DNA from: an uncultured Acidobacteriota bacterium
GTDB taxonomy: Bacteria > Actinomycetota > Acidimicrobiia > Spongiisociales > ZC4RG35
Direction: 5' to 3'
Length of the DNA: 64,000 nt
Assembly (NCBI GenBank): GCA_963828465.1
Contig: CAWHEU010000009.1
Span: forward strand, 9,318 to 73,317
Under the pieces are notes generated by a model, which did not search any database, had not been told where the DNA came from, and saw only the letters and a program-made list of their open reading frames with translations. This document shows positions 1 to 9,852 of this stretch, in pieces. Position 1 is the stretch's first letter. Each line of letters opens with the position of its first letter. Both the position numbers and the translations under genes were made by a program.

Positions 1-68
1 CGTCGGCGGGTCGGGTCACTCAGTGAGCCGATGGCGCCGAGATCGGCATCGAGATGGTTTTCGTCCAT
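1..68 (-). CDS. N-terminus of helix-turn-helix (ArsR-like) transcriptional regulator, truncated by window edge
   Basis: ATG at 68 reads MDENHLDADLGAIGSLSDPTRR, the 'L.DPTRR' start typical of ArsR-type HTH proteins; divergent from the DoxX gene; -10 TAGAGT 6 nt before ATG. Confidence 0.6.
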   Translation of the reverse strand, partial: MDENHLDADLGAIGSLSDPTRR

Positions 69-76
69 GAAGTCAC

Positions 77-141
77 TCTAAAACGCGACTTGGTTGACAC
101 TAGATTCTCGAGATGTAAAAATGGTTTCGACCATTCTTAGA
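77..141. promoter_or_regulatory. Divergent promoter with two 28-bp TCTAA-N18-TTAGA-like operators
   Basis: TCTAA-N18-CTAGA at 77-104 and TGTAA-N18-TTAGA at 114-141; TTGACA at 94-99 followed by TAAAAAT at 116-122; AAGGAGG RBS at 141-147. Confidence 0.6.
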
Positions 142-154
142 AGGAGGCCCGGAC

Positions 155-553
155 ATGACGACAGCCACAACCACTGCTCCCCAGACGACGATGGTCACAG
201 AGTCGAAGCGCGCCTATCAGATCCTCCATCTCGGATACACGGTTTCGCCGATCCTCTTCGGACTGGACAAGTTCTTCAATGTCATGACCGATTGGGTCGA
301 GTTCCTGCCCACATTCGTCACCGATGCCGTGAGTGGGTCGGTGGTCATGGGCATCGTCGGTGTTATCGAGATCGCTGCCGGGATCGGGGTATGGCTTCGG
401 CCCAAGATCTTCGCGCCCGTCGTCGCCGCCTGGCTCGGGCTGATCATCATCACACTGATCCTGGCCGGTGGCTTCTTGGATATCGCCCTGCGCGACTTCG
501 GTCTGCTCCTCGGCGCCCTCGCCCTGTGGCGTCTGGCCAGGGCCCACGCCTGA
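155..553 (+). CDS. DoxX-family membrane protein
   Basis: 132 aa, about 4 TM helices, GLDKFFN and DIALRDFGL motifs; strong RBS. Confidence 0.8.
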   Translation: MTTATTTAPQTTMVTESKRAYQILHLGYTVSPILFGLDKFFNVMTDWVEFLPTFVTDAVSGSVVMGIVGVIEIAAGIGVWLRPKIFAPVVAAWLGLIIITLILAGGFLDIALRDFGLLLGALALWRLARAHA

Positions 554-572
554 CCAACCGAGCTTGGCGCTG

Positions 573-2141
573 CTACCGCAGCGCCCGCATGAAGCCGTCC
601 CGGGAACCGAGATAGATGGTGTCCTCCCACACCACAGGAGTGGCTTCGAGACAGGCCTCGCCCAGACTCAATGACCAGTCCATCGCCGGCGCACGGGGGT
701 CCGCCAGGGAATAGGCCCGCACGTCACCGAGACATGTGGCGGTGACGAGCGTGTCGTCGACGATGGCCGGCGAAGACCAGGAGTGAAAGCCGACCTCGTC
801 CTGCCAGAGCAGCGTCCCGTCGACGGCATCGACCGCAATCAGCGAGCCTTGATGAGTGTTGACATAGACGACGCCGTTGCGCACCGCTGGTGTCGACCAG
901 GAACCTGCGTCCGATGAACCTGCCGTGAGGTCGAGGCCCCACACCCTGGGGTCACCGTCGGAGTAGGGGTTGAGCTTGATCAGCTGACCGACGGCGAGAT
1001 TCCGCTCGATCTCGGCCGCGCTCATCTGCGACGGCTCGTGCTCGATGGAGACATAGATCATCCCCTCGGCGTCGGCGACCATCGTGGCGTCGATGTCGCC
1101 ACCGGCGTAGTAGTCGAACACGATCGGCGCGTTCCCGTTGCGGACGTCAGACACGTCCATCCCCACAATCCGGCCGCCGGAGTTGGAGAAATAGACCCTC
1201 TCGTCGAAGACGAGAACCGAACTCTCGATCGAGACGTTGCGCCCTGAGTTGGCAAGAAGCGCTTCGTTGTAGCCGGGCTCTTGGACCAGCTTGACCGGAT
1301 CGACGACAACATTGCCTTCGCCGTCGTAACCCCGATTGAGCTGGATGGCGAAGAACCAGCCATTCTCACCGCCCTCGTACATGATGTCATCGACGATGGC
1401 GGGGTTCGAGTCCCAGTCGTCGTTCCAGATCCCATTCACCTCATTTGCGTCCATCGACCAGAGCACGGTCGGCTCCTCACGGTCCAATGCCAGGATCCGC
1501 AGCTGGTTGTCCCTCGAGCCGAAGTACAGGAGCGGGAATCCGTCCGGGTCGAGACTGACCGATCCCTTGATGATGTCGCCGGTCTGGAACTCGGGTCGAA
1601 GATCTTGCCCGGTCTCGGCATCGACAAAATGCACGGCAGAGTCGTAGGCGCCGAAGATCAGCTCTGTCACGCCGTCGGGACGCTCCCATACCGCGGGTTG
1701 GCCGGTCCAGCCCATCCCGCACCAGATCCTGGATACACCACCCTCCGAGGATGGGCTGCACATCTGCTCGTCGGGATAACGCCAAGCCACCGTCGGACTA
1801 TCGGGCACCGGGCCCGACCCGTAGAAGGTTCTGGTCGGGTTGCCCCGGAACATCGGCATGCCAACCGTTGTCCCCCACGGTCGGCCGACCGTGAACCCGG
1901 GGACCGTCCCCGGCTCCCGATCCTGCGGAGGCGCCGTGGTGGTAGTGGTCGGTGGCAGGGTGGTTGCCGGCTGGGTGGGATCCGAGCCGGTCGCGGCTGC
2001 AGCCGTGCTGCTCGGAGACGTCGCTACCCCTGCAATCGAGGTCGTCGAAGGGTCATCGCTGCGAGTCACGAAGTACACCGCCAGCCCGAGAACGAATCCG
2101 GCGGCGACGATCATGATCACGCGGCCGGCTCTCTCGTTCAC
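573..2141 (-). CDS. Membrane-anchored PQQ-like (BamB-type) beta-propeller protein
   Basis: N-terminal TM, Thr/Pro linker, MFRGNPTRT, repeated SSPAI/ATPVV...YLGSRDG blades. Confidence 0.8.
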   Translation of the reverse strand: MNERAGRVIMIVAAGFVLGLAVYFVTRSDDPSTTSIAGVATSPSSTAAAATGSDPTQPATTLPPTTTTTAPPQDREPGTVPGFTVGRPWGTTVGMPMFRGNPTRTFYGSGPVPDSPTVAWRYPDEQMCSPSSEGGVSRIWCGMGWTGQPAVWERPDGVTELIFGAYDSAVHFVDAETGQDLRPEFQTGDIIKGSVSLDPDGFPLLYFGSRDNQLRILALDREEPTVLWSMDANEVNGIWNDDWDSNPAIVDDIMYEGGENGWFFAIQLNRGYDGEGNVVVDPVKLVQEPGYNEALLANSGRNVSIESSVLVFDERVYFSNSGGRIVGMDVSDVRNGNAPIVFDYYAGGDIDATMVADAEGMIYVSIEHEPSQMSAAEIERNLAVGQLIKLNPYSDGDPRVWGLDLTAGSSDAGSWSTPAVRNGVVYVNTHQGSLIAVDAVDGTLLWQDEVGFHSWSSPAIVDDTLVTATCLGDVRAYSLADPRAPAMDWSLSLGEACLEATPVVWEDTIYLGSRDGFMRALR

Positions 2142-2153
2142 TGCCTCATCCTC

Positions 2154-3278
2154 CTACGCCGGCGCAGCGCACTCGGCCTCGCCGGTGAGGACAGGATGCC
2201 CGTGCGTCTCGATGTATGCGGGGATCAAACAGGAATCGATCGTCCCGTCCGGGGCTACCACCGCCCTGGCGACGGCGGTGGTCGCACTGGCAACGGAGTT
2301 GTGGGGCCAGACGAAATTCCCCAGCGACCAGAAGACCGCCGCGTCGCCGACCGTCTCCAGCGGCTGCATCCGATGGGGGTGGTGCCCGAAGATGATGTCC
2401 GCCCCCGCCTCGATCATGGCGTGTGCCCGGTCGATGTCGTCCTGACGGGGCGTCGTGTCGAGCTCCATCCCCCAGTGGATCGTGACGACGACGAGATCTG
2501 CCACTTCCTCGGCCGCGGCCACCGCCTCGACCATCGTGGGAGTGTCATCTCCGTTCCGCATCCCGGCCGTGTCGGCGGTGGCATACCAGCCGTCATCGGG
2601 GGCGACTCCTCCGAAGCCGACCACGGCGACTTTCCAGCCGTTGATGTCGAACAGCGCCGGCTCGCCGGCCTCGGCGGCGTTGCGCCCGGCTCCGACTGGA
2701 CCGATCCCGGCGGCGAGCAACTGGTCCCGACCGTCGACCAACGCCTCCTTGCCGAAATCGCCGGAATGGTTGTTGCCCAGATTGCCCACGTCGATGCCAT
2801 TGGCCTTGATCGAGGGCAGGGACTCGGTCGGACAGCGGAACACGAATGCCTTGTCCAGGGGAGAGCCCAGGTCGGATGTGACGCACTCGAGATTGATCAC
2901 AGTGAGATCGTCTTCGAGGAAAAGCCCGTTCAGCCCCGACCAGGCGTGATCCCACCCCTCGGCAGCAAGAGCCGGGATGTATTCGGGGTCCACGGCTACA
3001 TCCCCGGTGCCCTGGATCACCAGATAACCCTTCTCCGAGACGGTGGAGGTTGTGGTCGGTGTGGTCGTGCTTGCCGAAGGCAGGGTCGTCGTGGACGACA
3101 TCGTGGTGACACGCGGGAGTGTCGTGGTCGAGGTCTCCGCTGCTGCCGCCACCGTGGTCGGGGTTGCCGCATCCGTGCTCAGACTCCAGATGATGAAGGC
3201 GACGACGCCAGTGAGGGCGCCACCGATCAAGACAATGAGAAGCTTCAGGGACCTGGGCACGTTGCGAGCAAAGGTCAT
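2154..3278 (-). CDS. CapA-family (PGA_cap) metallophosphatase
   Basis: GD, INLEC, LGNNHSGDFG, HWG, GHHPH and WSLGNF motifs; N-terminal TM and Thr-rich linker. Confidence 0.9.
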   Translation of the reverse strand: MTFARNVPRSLKLLIVLIGGALTGVVAFIIWSLSTDAATPTTVAAAAETSTTTLPRVTTMSSTTTLPSASTTTPTTTSTVSEKGYLVIQGTGDVAVDPEYIPALAAEGWDHAWSGLNGLFLEDDLTVINLECVTSDLGSPLDKAFVFRCPTESLPSIKANGIDVGNLGNNHSGDFGKEALVDGRDQLLAAGIGPVGAGRNAAEAGEPALFDINGWKVAVVGFGGVAPDDGWYATADTAGMRNGDDTPTMVEAVAAAEEVADLVVVTIHWGMELDTTPRQDDIDRAHAMIEAGADIIFGHHPHRMQPLETVGDAAVFWSLGNFVWPHNSVASATTAVARAVVAPDGTIDSCLIPAYIETHGHPVLTGEAECAAPA

Positions 3279-3316
3279 AAGAGCCTCCAGGCCGTTATAC
3301 GGCGCTTAGTGCGTCC

Positions 3317-4087
3317 TTAGAGGATCTGACTCAAGAACAGCTTGGTGCGCACCTCTTGAGGGTCCGTGAAGAAATGCTCCGGAGTGCCCACCTCGACGAT
3401 CTCGCCTTCGGCCATGAACACCACCCGGTTGGCCACCGCCCGGGCAAAGCCCATCTCGTGGGTCACGACAATCATGGTCATCCCACCCCGGCCCAGCTCG
3501 ACCATGACGTCGAGCACCTCTTTGATCATCTCCGGGTCGAGGGCTGATGTCGGTTCGTCGAACAACATCACTTTGGGCTGCATAGCCAGGGCTCGGGCGA
3601 TGGCGACCCTCTGCTGCTGACCTCCCGACAGCTGGCCGGGATACTTGCGGGCTTGCTCAGGGATCTTGACCCGCGTCAGCGTCTGCATGGCAAGCGCCTC
3701 AGAATCCTTCTTGGGCAGCTTCCGAACCTGGCGTGGCGCAAGCGTCACGTTTTCGAGAACGGTGAGGTGCGGGAACAGGTTGAACTGTTGGAAGACCATT
3801 CCCGTCTCCCGACGCACCTCCTGGATGTTGCGGACATCGTCGGACAACTCGATCCCGTCGACCACTAGACGGCCTGCGTCGTGTTTCTCCAGACGGTTGA
3901 TGCACCGAATGAGGGTGGATTTCCCGCCGCCCGAGGGCCCAATGACCACCACCACCTCCTGCTGACCGACCCGCATGTTTATGTCCTTCAGGGCCTGGAA
4001 GTTGCCGAAGAACTTGTCCACCCCCACCAGCTCGATGATGGCGTCTCCGGTCGCCCTGGTGGCATCGCTGTAATCGGTCACCGTCAT
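3317..4087 (-). CDS. Amino-acid ABC transporter ATP-binding protein (AapP/BztD-like)
   Basis: [25 protein letters not shown]; start MTVTDY overlaps upstream stop. Confidence 0.9.
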   Translation of the reverse strand: MTVTDYSDATRATGDAIIELVGVDKFFGNFQALKDINMRVGQQEVVVVIGPSGGGKSTLIRCINRLEKHDAGRLVVDGIELSDDVRNIQEVRRETGMVFQQFNLFPHLTVLENVTLAPRQVRKLPKKDSEALAMQTLTRVKIPEQARKYPGQLSGGQQQRVAIARALAMQPKVMLFDEPTSALDPEMIKEVLDVMVELGRGGMTMIVVTHEMGFARAVANRVVFMAEGEIVEVGTPEHFFTDPQEVRTKLFLSQIL

Positions 4088-5330
4088 CTCTCGCCCACCC
4101 CCAGCTTCCGCTCCAGCCTCCGTGATTCCCTTGACATCGTGTAACACCCCACCCAGAAGATGAGGGCTGCGAAGCTCAGGGTCACGACGAAGAGACCCTT
4201 GCCCAGGTAGGCGGTTTGTGAGTTGACGACGAAAGTCGCTTCCAGCAGCTCGGTGATGCCGAGGACGGCCACCAGCGTCGTGTCCTTGAAGAGGCTGATG
4301 AACTGCCCGACCATGGCCGGGATGGTGGCCCGAAGCGCCTGAGGGAGGACGATGAGACGCATCGTCTTCCACGGGGCCAACCCCACCGCCTGGGCTGCCT
4401 CTACCTGGCCGCGGGGGACCGCTTGTAGCCCCCCCGAACCACCTCGGCGATGTAGGCCGCCTCGAAGGCGATGATGGCGATCAGCATCCTGGTGACGAAG
4501 CCAGGTCGAACATCCCTCGGAATGATGAAACCGATGGCAAAGGCACCGGCGATGAGCACGGTGATCAGGGGCACCCCTCTGACCAACTCGATATAGCCCA
4601 CCGAGATGGTGCGGATCACCGGCAGTGATGAGCGACGTCCCATGGCGAGGAGAAGGCCGAAAGGGAAGGCGACGAGGAGCCCGGCGAAGGTCAGGAAGAG
4701 ATTGAGTTGGAGCCCGCCCCAGCCTTGCCAACCGACTCCACCGAAGCCGGCCAGAGAGATATATGAAGCGGCGATCAGCACCACGGCGATGAGCCAGGTC
4801 CACCTCCGGACAGCCCGGGGCAACACCCGTCCCAGGTAGTAGGAGCCGAGCCCTACGACGAGGGCCCCGATGGTGAGCAGGGTCGGGGTGACGGTCGTAG
4901 TGAAGGAGAGGATGACCGCGATCAACGCGAGGATTGGCCAAAAGCGAATCACGATCTGGCGAAGAGTCGTGCGCACGTAGGGCAGGCCCGCTTCTGATGC
5001 CCGATCCCTGGCTCCGGCAGCGAGGGACCCGCCCACTATCCCGAACAGCACAGCCCAGCAGTACGTCGCCGCCCATGGCCGCCACAGCTGGTCGGCGGGG
5101 AACTCCCCAATCATGAACAGCCGCAGGTTGGCCCGGATTATCTCGTACTCGGCCGAGACCAGCCCACCTACCACGGCAACCAACGCCCAGACCACGAATG
5201 CGGCCAGGGCCACGGTGAGCAGGCTGTTGTACCAGTTGTTGAACAGGTTCTTCCGGGCCCAATCCATCGGGCCTCGGGCCGGCTCCACCAGCGGTGGAGT
5301 CTCCTCGAAAACGGGAGCTTCGACCGTCAT
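4084..5330 (-). CDS. Amino-acid ABC transporter permease (AapM/BztC-like), apparent frameshift at ~4430
   Basis: [10 protein letters not shown] in one frame continues as [13 protein letters not shown] in another; break falls in a G7 run. Confidence 0.85.
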
Positions 5331-6499
5331 CGGGTCACCAGTTGCATGCGTCGATTCACCACGTTGACGATGAGAGAGATGATCAGGGAGAAGATCAGGT
5401 ACCCGCCCATGAGGAGGAAGATCATCTGCGGGGCGGGCTGGCCGTTCCCGATCAGCTGGAAGGTGATCCGGGTCATCTCTGCGTAACCGATGGCAATCGC
5501 CAGTGAGGTGTTCTTGGTGAAGTTCAGGTACTGGCTGATGATCGGCGGGATGGCGATGCGCATCGCCTGGGGCATGATCACGTAACGAAGACGCTGGAAC
5601 GGGGTGAGGGCGATGGCGTTGGCCGCCTCGGACTGGCCGCGAGGCACGGCAAGGATGCTGCCGCGCACAATCTCAGCGACATGTGAAGCGGTGTAGAGGA
5701 CGAGAGCGGCCAGCACCGCCCAGTAGGCGGCCAGACCCGTGTACCCGCCCTCGAGAGCCCTGCCGTCGAGGATGGGCCGGGAGAGACCGATCGGCCCCCC
5801 GAGCGCGACGAAGCCGATAAGGGAGATCGCACTGAAGACACCCAGCGCCCAGAGGAAACGGTGATGATGCTCCCCGGTCTGTTCCGACCGTCTGGTCCGC
5901 CACCACCACACCGCAGCCGCGACGAGCAGGGCCACAGCCATGATCGCAAGGAAAGGCCCGAAGTTGGGCTGCGCGGTGAATCCGACCATGGCGAGGTATC
6001 GGTTGTTGACGATCACCAGGTCGGAGAGGTTCAGCGACTCCTGCAACACCGGGAACCGGAGCACCACTGCGTTGAACACGAAGAAGATGATCAGCAGTGG
6101 GGGGATGTTGCGAATGATCTCTACGTAGAGTCCGGCGGCCCTGGCCACCAGCCAGTTTGTGGAGAGACGGGCAACCCCGACCAGCACCCCGATCAAGGTG
6201 AGGAGAGGGATGCCCACGACCACCAGGGCCAAGGTGTTCTTGACCGCGTTGAGCAGCCCCCGCCAGATCGGAGCAGACGGGCTGATGTCTGAGCCGGGTA
6301 TGTCGACCCCGAGTGGTTGGGTGAGGAAATCGAAGCCGGTGGGGAGCCCGGCGGCACGCAGGTTGTTGGTCAGGTTGAACCAGAGCACGTAGAGGATGAT
6401 CAACACAGCCGCCCCAGCCAACACCTGGATCACGGCGCGCAGGACTCGCACGTCCCGCCACAACCGAGGCCGGTGCCCGGTCTCCTCCACCGCTGTCAC
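5327..6499 (-). CDS. Amino-acid ABC transporter permease (AapQ/BztB-like)
   Basis: GFDFL, ARLSTNWL, EIVRGSILAVPRGQSEAA, KNTSLAIAIGY; GTG start at 6499. Confidence 0.88.
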   Translation of the reverse strand: MTAVEETGHRPRLWRDVRVLRAVIQVLAGAAVLIILYVLWFNLTNNLRAAGLPTGFDFLTQPLGVDIPGSDISPSAPIWRGLLNAVKNTLALVVVGIPLLTLIGVLVGVARLSTNWLVARAAGLYVEIIRNIPPLLIIFFVFNAVVLRFPVLQESLNLSDLVIVNNRYLAMVGFTAQPNFGPFLAIMAVALLVAAAVWWWRTRRSEQTGEHHHRFLWALGVFSAISLIGFVALGGPIGLSRPILDGRALEGGYTGLAAYWAVLAALVLYTASHVAEIVRGSILAVPRGQSEAANAIALTPFQRLRYVIMPQAMRIAIPPIISQYLNFTKNTSLAIAIGYAEMTRITFQLIGNGQPAPQMIFLLMGGYLIFSLIISLIVNVVNRRMQLVTR

Positions 6500-6530
6500 A
6501 TGATCACCGCCTGATGATGACCGCCTGGCC

Positions 6531-6559
6531 GGTGGGGTGGCCGCACTGGCCACCCCACC
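6531..6559 (-). terminator. Intercistronic stem-loop downstream of the substrate-binding gene
   Basis: GGTGGGGTGGCC-gcact-GGCCACCCCACC perfect 12-bp stem. Confidence 0.7.
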
Positions 6560-6568
6560 TCGTCTTTT

Positions 6569-7744
6569 CTAGCGATATGGCGGCGGGTAGTGGAGTCCGC
6601 CGTCGGTCCAAAGCGAGTTGAGCAGTCGCTCGAGAGCCAAGGGCGAGCCCGGACCCACATTCCGGTCGTAGATCTCGGCATAGTTACCGACCTGGGTGAT
6701 CACTTGGGCGGCAAAGTCCGTAGCGAGACCGAGACCCGGGTCGAACGGCGCCGTCCCTTCCTCCGTCTCAACAGGGAGCCCGAGGAAGTTCCTGATGTTG
6801 GTGTCCTCGGTGTCGGCGAAGGTGTCGACATTCGTGGAGTCGATCCCGAACTCCTCTGCCTGCATGGTGGCCAGAACAATCCAGTCCACCACCTGGGCCC
6901 ATTGCGAGTCGCCGTCGAGCACGGCCGGGCCTAGGGGCTCCTTCGAGAAGGTCTCCTCCAGGATCACCAGTGCCTCGGGACCGCCCTGATCCTCGGGCCA
7001 TGCCGAACGCACGCCGGCGAGCTGGGACTTGTCCGACGTCCAGCCGTCGCATTGTCCCTCGATGAAAGCCGCCTGGATCTGCGGGTTCTCGTCGAAGGTC
7101 AGCGGGGTGTATGGGATGTCGGCCATTCTCGCCGTCAGGTTCAACTCGGTCGTGGTCCCGGAGAGGACGCAGATCGTGGTGTCGGTCATGTCGTCGATGG
7201 TGGTAAACCCGCTGTCGGCGGCAACCATCATCCCCTGGCCGTCGTAGAAGGTCGTGGTGAGGAAGGTGGCCGCGAGACCGCCATCACGACTCGACGTGTA
7301 CGTGGTGTTCCGGACCAGGACATCGACCTCTCCCGACTGCAGAGCCGTGAACCTCTGCTCGGCGGTCAGGTCGACGTAAGTCACTGCTTCGGCATCACCG
7401 AGCACTCCCGCTGCGATTGCCCGGCAGAAGTCGATGTCGAATCCGACGTGGTCGCCGGCCTCATCGACAAACCCGAAGCCCGGAACCGTGTTGTTCACAC
7501 CGCAGTTCAACGTGCCTCGGGCCTGGACCTCAGCCAGGAGCCCATCCCCCGCCGGTGCCTCTTCGCCGACCGTGGTCGTGGTCTCCCCGCCGGCGGCGCT
7601 GGTCGTCGTCTCCTCACCGGCGGCTTCGGTCGTCTCCGGCGTCTCACCGCTGGTGGTGGTCGTCGTGTCAGCCGCCTGAGTACATGCGGCCAGGACCAGC
7701 ATCAGGGCGGTCAAGACGGCAAAGAGCTTGCTTGCCTTCATCAC
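6569..7744 (-). CDS. Amino-acid ABC substrate-binding lipoprotein (AapJ/BztA-like)
   Basis: Lipobox LAAC, CGVN, DFCRAIAA, RNTT, SKEPLGP, VGNYAEIYDRN. Confidence 0.9.
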   Translation of the reverse strand: MMKASKLFAVLTALMLVLAACTQAADTTTTTSGETPETTEAAGEETTTSAAGGETTTTVGEEAPAGDGLLAEVQARGTLNCGVNNTVPGFGFVDEAGDHVGFDIDFCRAIAAGVLGDAEAVTYVDLTAEQRFTALQSGEVDVLVRNTTYTSSRDGGLAATFLTTTFYDGQGMMVAADSGFTTIDDMTDTTICVLSGTTTELNLTARMADIPYTPLTFDENPQIQAAFIEGQCDGWTSDKSQLAGVRSAWPEDQGGPEALVILEETFSKEPLGPAVLDGDSQWAQVVDWIVLATMQAEEFGIDSTNVDTFADTEDTNIRNFLGLPVETEEGTAPFDPGLGLATDFAAQVITQVGNYAEIYDRNVGPGSPLALERLLNSLWTDGGLHYPPPYR

Positions 7745-7868
7745 TACCTCCGTTGGATCACTTGGTGGGCGTCACGAGGCCACGTATCGCACCGGGATCG
7801 ACCCTAGCCACTGGGCCGGCCCGACGAGTCCGTTCGGTAGCCTGATATCCACTTCCGAAGGGGCCTCC

Positions 7869-9107
7869 GTGTCAGACCGCATCGTTGCCCGGATCGTGTG
7901 GGTGCTCGCCGCCCTAGCCCTCGCCGTCACCGCATTCGGGATCTGGTACGACCTGCGCAACACGCTCGGTGACGAATCTCCCCTGTTTGTCGCCGACGGC
8001 ATCGTCTGGGCTCTGCTTCCCGCGGTCTTCGTCCTAACCGGGGCGCTGATCGTGTCCCGTCAGCCTCGCAACATCATCGGGTTGTTGTTGATGATCCCCG
8101 GTCTTGTCTTTCTCACCGCAGGAGTGGTCGATGTCGCCTTCGGATCCCTGGAACAGGGTGTTCAGCCCGAAGCGATGACGGTAGGGCTCTGGCTGCGGCT
8201 CTGGTTCGACAACTGGTCGTGGGTGCTCCTCATCTTCCCCATCTTCAATCTGATGCTGGTCTTCCCTACGGGTCGCCTCTTGACGTCACACTGGAGATGG
8301 ATCATCGGCCTGGAGATCGCGATGGTCCTCGTCATGATGTTTGGGAGCGCCTTCAGCCAAGAGATGGGCCCACTCAACGTCGAAGACGAAATGGCCTGGG
8401 CCCTGCCTAACCCGATCGGGTTTCTCCCGGAGACCTTCTTTGGCGCGACGTTCGAGGCTGTCTGGAGCGCCGGTCTTATCATCATGACGGTTTCGTCGCT
8501 GTTGGCGCTGGTGCTCCGCTTTAGGCGCGCATCTCAATTGGAGCGTCAACAGTTGAAATGGTTGCTCTTCGCCGTCACCGTTTTCGCCCTGATCTACGTT
8601 GTCACGGCAGTTACCTCCGGTGAGCTCGCGACCGGCGGGTTGGGCGATCTCCTCTTCGTCTTCTCGCTGATGGGCATTCCGGTTTCGATCGCCGTCGCCG
8701 TTCTCAGGTTCCATCTCTACGACCTCGACCGCATCATCCGGCGGACACTGCTCTACGCGGTGCTGAGCGGCCTCCTAATCGGCATCTTCGCCCTGTCCGT
8801 GTTCGTGATCCAAGGTATGGTCGGCGGCGTCGTCGGAGAGGATTCGCCGCTCGGAGTGGCCGTGTCCACACTTCTCGTCGCAGCTCTCTTCAATCCCCTG
8901 CGCCGACGTCTCCAGGATCTGATCGATCGCCGCCTATACCGCAGCAAATACGACGCCCAGAGGGTTATCGACGACTTCGTCGCCACCGCTCGGAACGAGG
9001 CGGATATGAACCTGCTCTCGGCCGACCTGCTCGATGTGGTCGACCAAACGGTCCAGCCGTCGCTTCAGGGTCTGTGGATCAAAGGGGCCGAGACGCAGGA
9101 CGCGTGA
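7869..9107 (+). CDS. Multi-pass membrane protein resembling the sensor module of actinobacterial kinases/cyclases, without output domain
   Basis: FPTGRL..W, ERQQLKW, LYDLDRIIRRTL, LFNPLRRRLQ..IDRR motifs; ends after VQP...LW. Confidence 0.7.
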   Translation: MSDRIVARIVWVLAALALAVTAFGIWYDLRNTLGDESPLFVADGIVWALLPAVFVLTGALIVSRQPRNIIGLLLMIPGLVFLTAGVVDVAFGSLEQGVQPEAMTVGLWLRLWFDNWSWVLLIFPIFNLMLVFPTGRLLTSHWRWIIGLEIAMVLVMMFGSAFSQEMGPLNVEDEMAWALPNPIGFLPETFFGATFEAVWSAGLIIMTVSSLLALVLRFRRASQLERQQLKWLLFAVTVFALIYVVTAVTSGELATGGLGDLLFVFSLMGIPVSIAVAVLRFHLYDLDRIIRRTLLYAVLSGLLIGIFALSVFVIQGMVGGVVGEDSPLGVAVSTLLVAALFNPLRRRLQDLIDRRLYRSKYDAQRVIDDFVATARNEADMNLLSADLLDVVDQTVQPSLQGLWIKGAETQDA

Positions 9108-9111
9108 CCGG

Positions 9112-9852
9112 TCACGTCACCTCCGCCATTAGCCGCAGGAAACGCCGCGCTCTGTCCGTCGTGGGATTGACCAGGACCTGATCTGGAGGTCCCTCCTCCA
9201 CGACCCGCCCCTCGTCCATGAACAGCACCCGGTCCGCCACGTCCCGGGCAAAGGTGAGCTCGTGGGAAACGACGATCATCGTCATGCCTTCGGCGGCAAG
9301 GGTCTTGATCGCTCCGAGAACCTCGCCCACCAGCTCCGGGTCGAGAGCCGAGGTTGGCTCGTCGAAGAGCATCAAGGAAGGGTTCATGGCGAGGGCCCGG
9401 ATGATGGCCACCCGCTGCTGCTGCCCACCGGAGAGGCGATCCGGGTATTCGTCACGTTTGTCAGCCAGGTCGAAGCGCTCGAGGAGATGCTGGGCTGTGA
9501 TCTGGGCTTCTTCCTTGGAGATCTTCAGCACCTTGTTCGGGGCCAGGGTGATGTTGTCCAGGACCGACAAATGAGGGAACAGGTTGAACGATTGGAACAC
9601 GATGCCGATGCGCCGACGAGCGTCGTCGGCATCGAACTCGGGGTCCGCGATGTCCACACCGTCGAGAAGGATCTCACCGTCGTCGACCGGCTCGAGGAGG
9701 TTGATGCATCGGAGCAGGGTCGACTTGCCCGATCCCGAGGGCCCCACCACCGCCAAAACTTCGTGGGTGGAGAGGGCGAGGCTGACGTCGGCGAGGACAA
9801 CGAGGTCGCCGAACTGCTTCCAGACACCGCGCACATCGAGAAGGGCACTCAC
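9112..9852 (-). CDS. Polar amino-acid ABC ATP-binding protein
   Basis: [27 protein letters not shown]; GTG start overlapping permease stop. Confidence 0.9.
   Translation of the reverse strand: MSALLDVRGVWKQFGDLVVLADVSLALSTHEVLAVVGPSGSGKSTLLRCINLLEPVDDGEILLDGVDIADPEFDADDARRRIGIVFQSFNLFPHLSVLDNITLAPNKVLKISKEEAQITAQHLLERFDLADKRDEYPDRLSGGQQQRVAIIRALAMNPSLMLFDEPTSALDPELVGEVLGAIKTLAAEGMTMIVVSHELTFARDVADRVLFMDEGRVVEEGPPDQVLVNPTTDRARRFLRLMAEVT

Noticed and set aside
1281-3320. 679-aa plus-strand ORF and many other long antisense ORFs
   Set aside because: Shadow ORFs opposite well-supported genes, expected in high-GC DNA; no recognisable motifs
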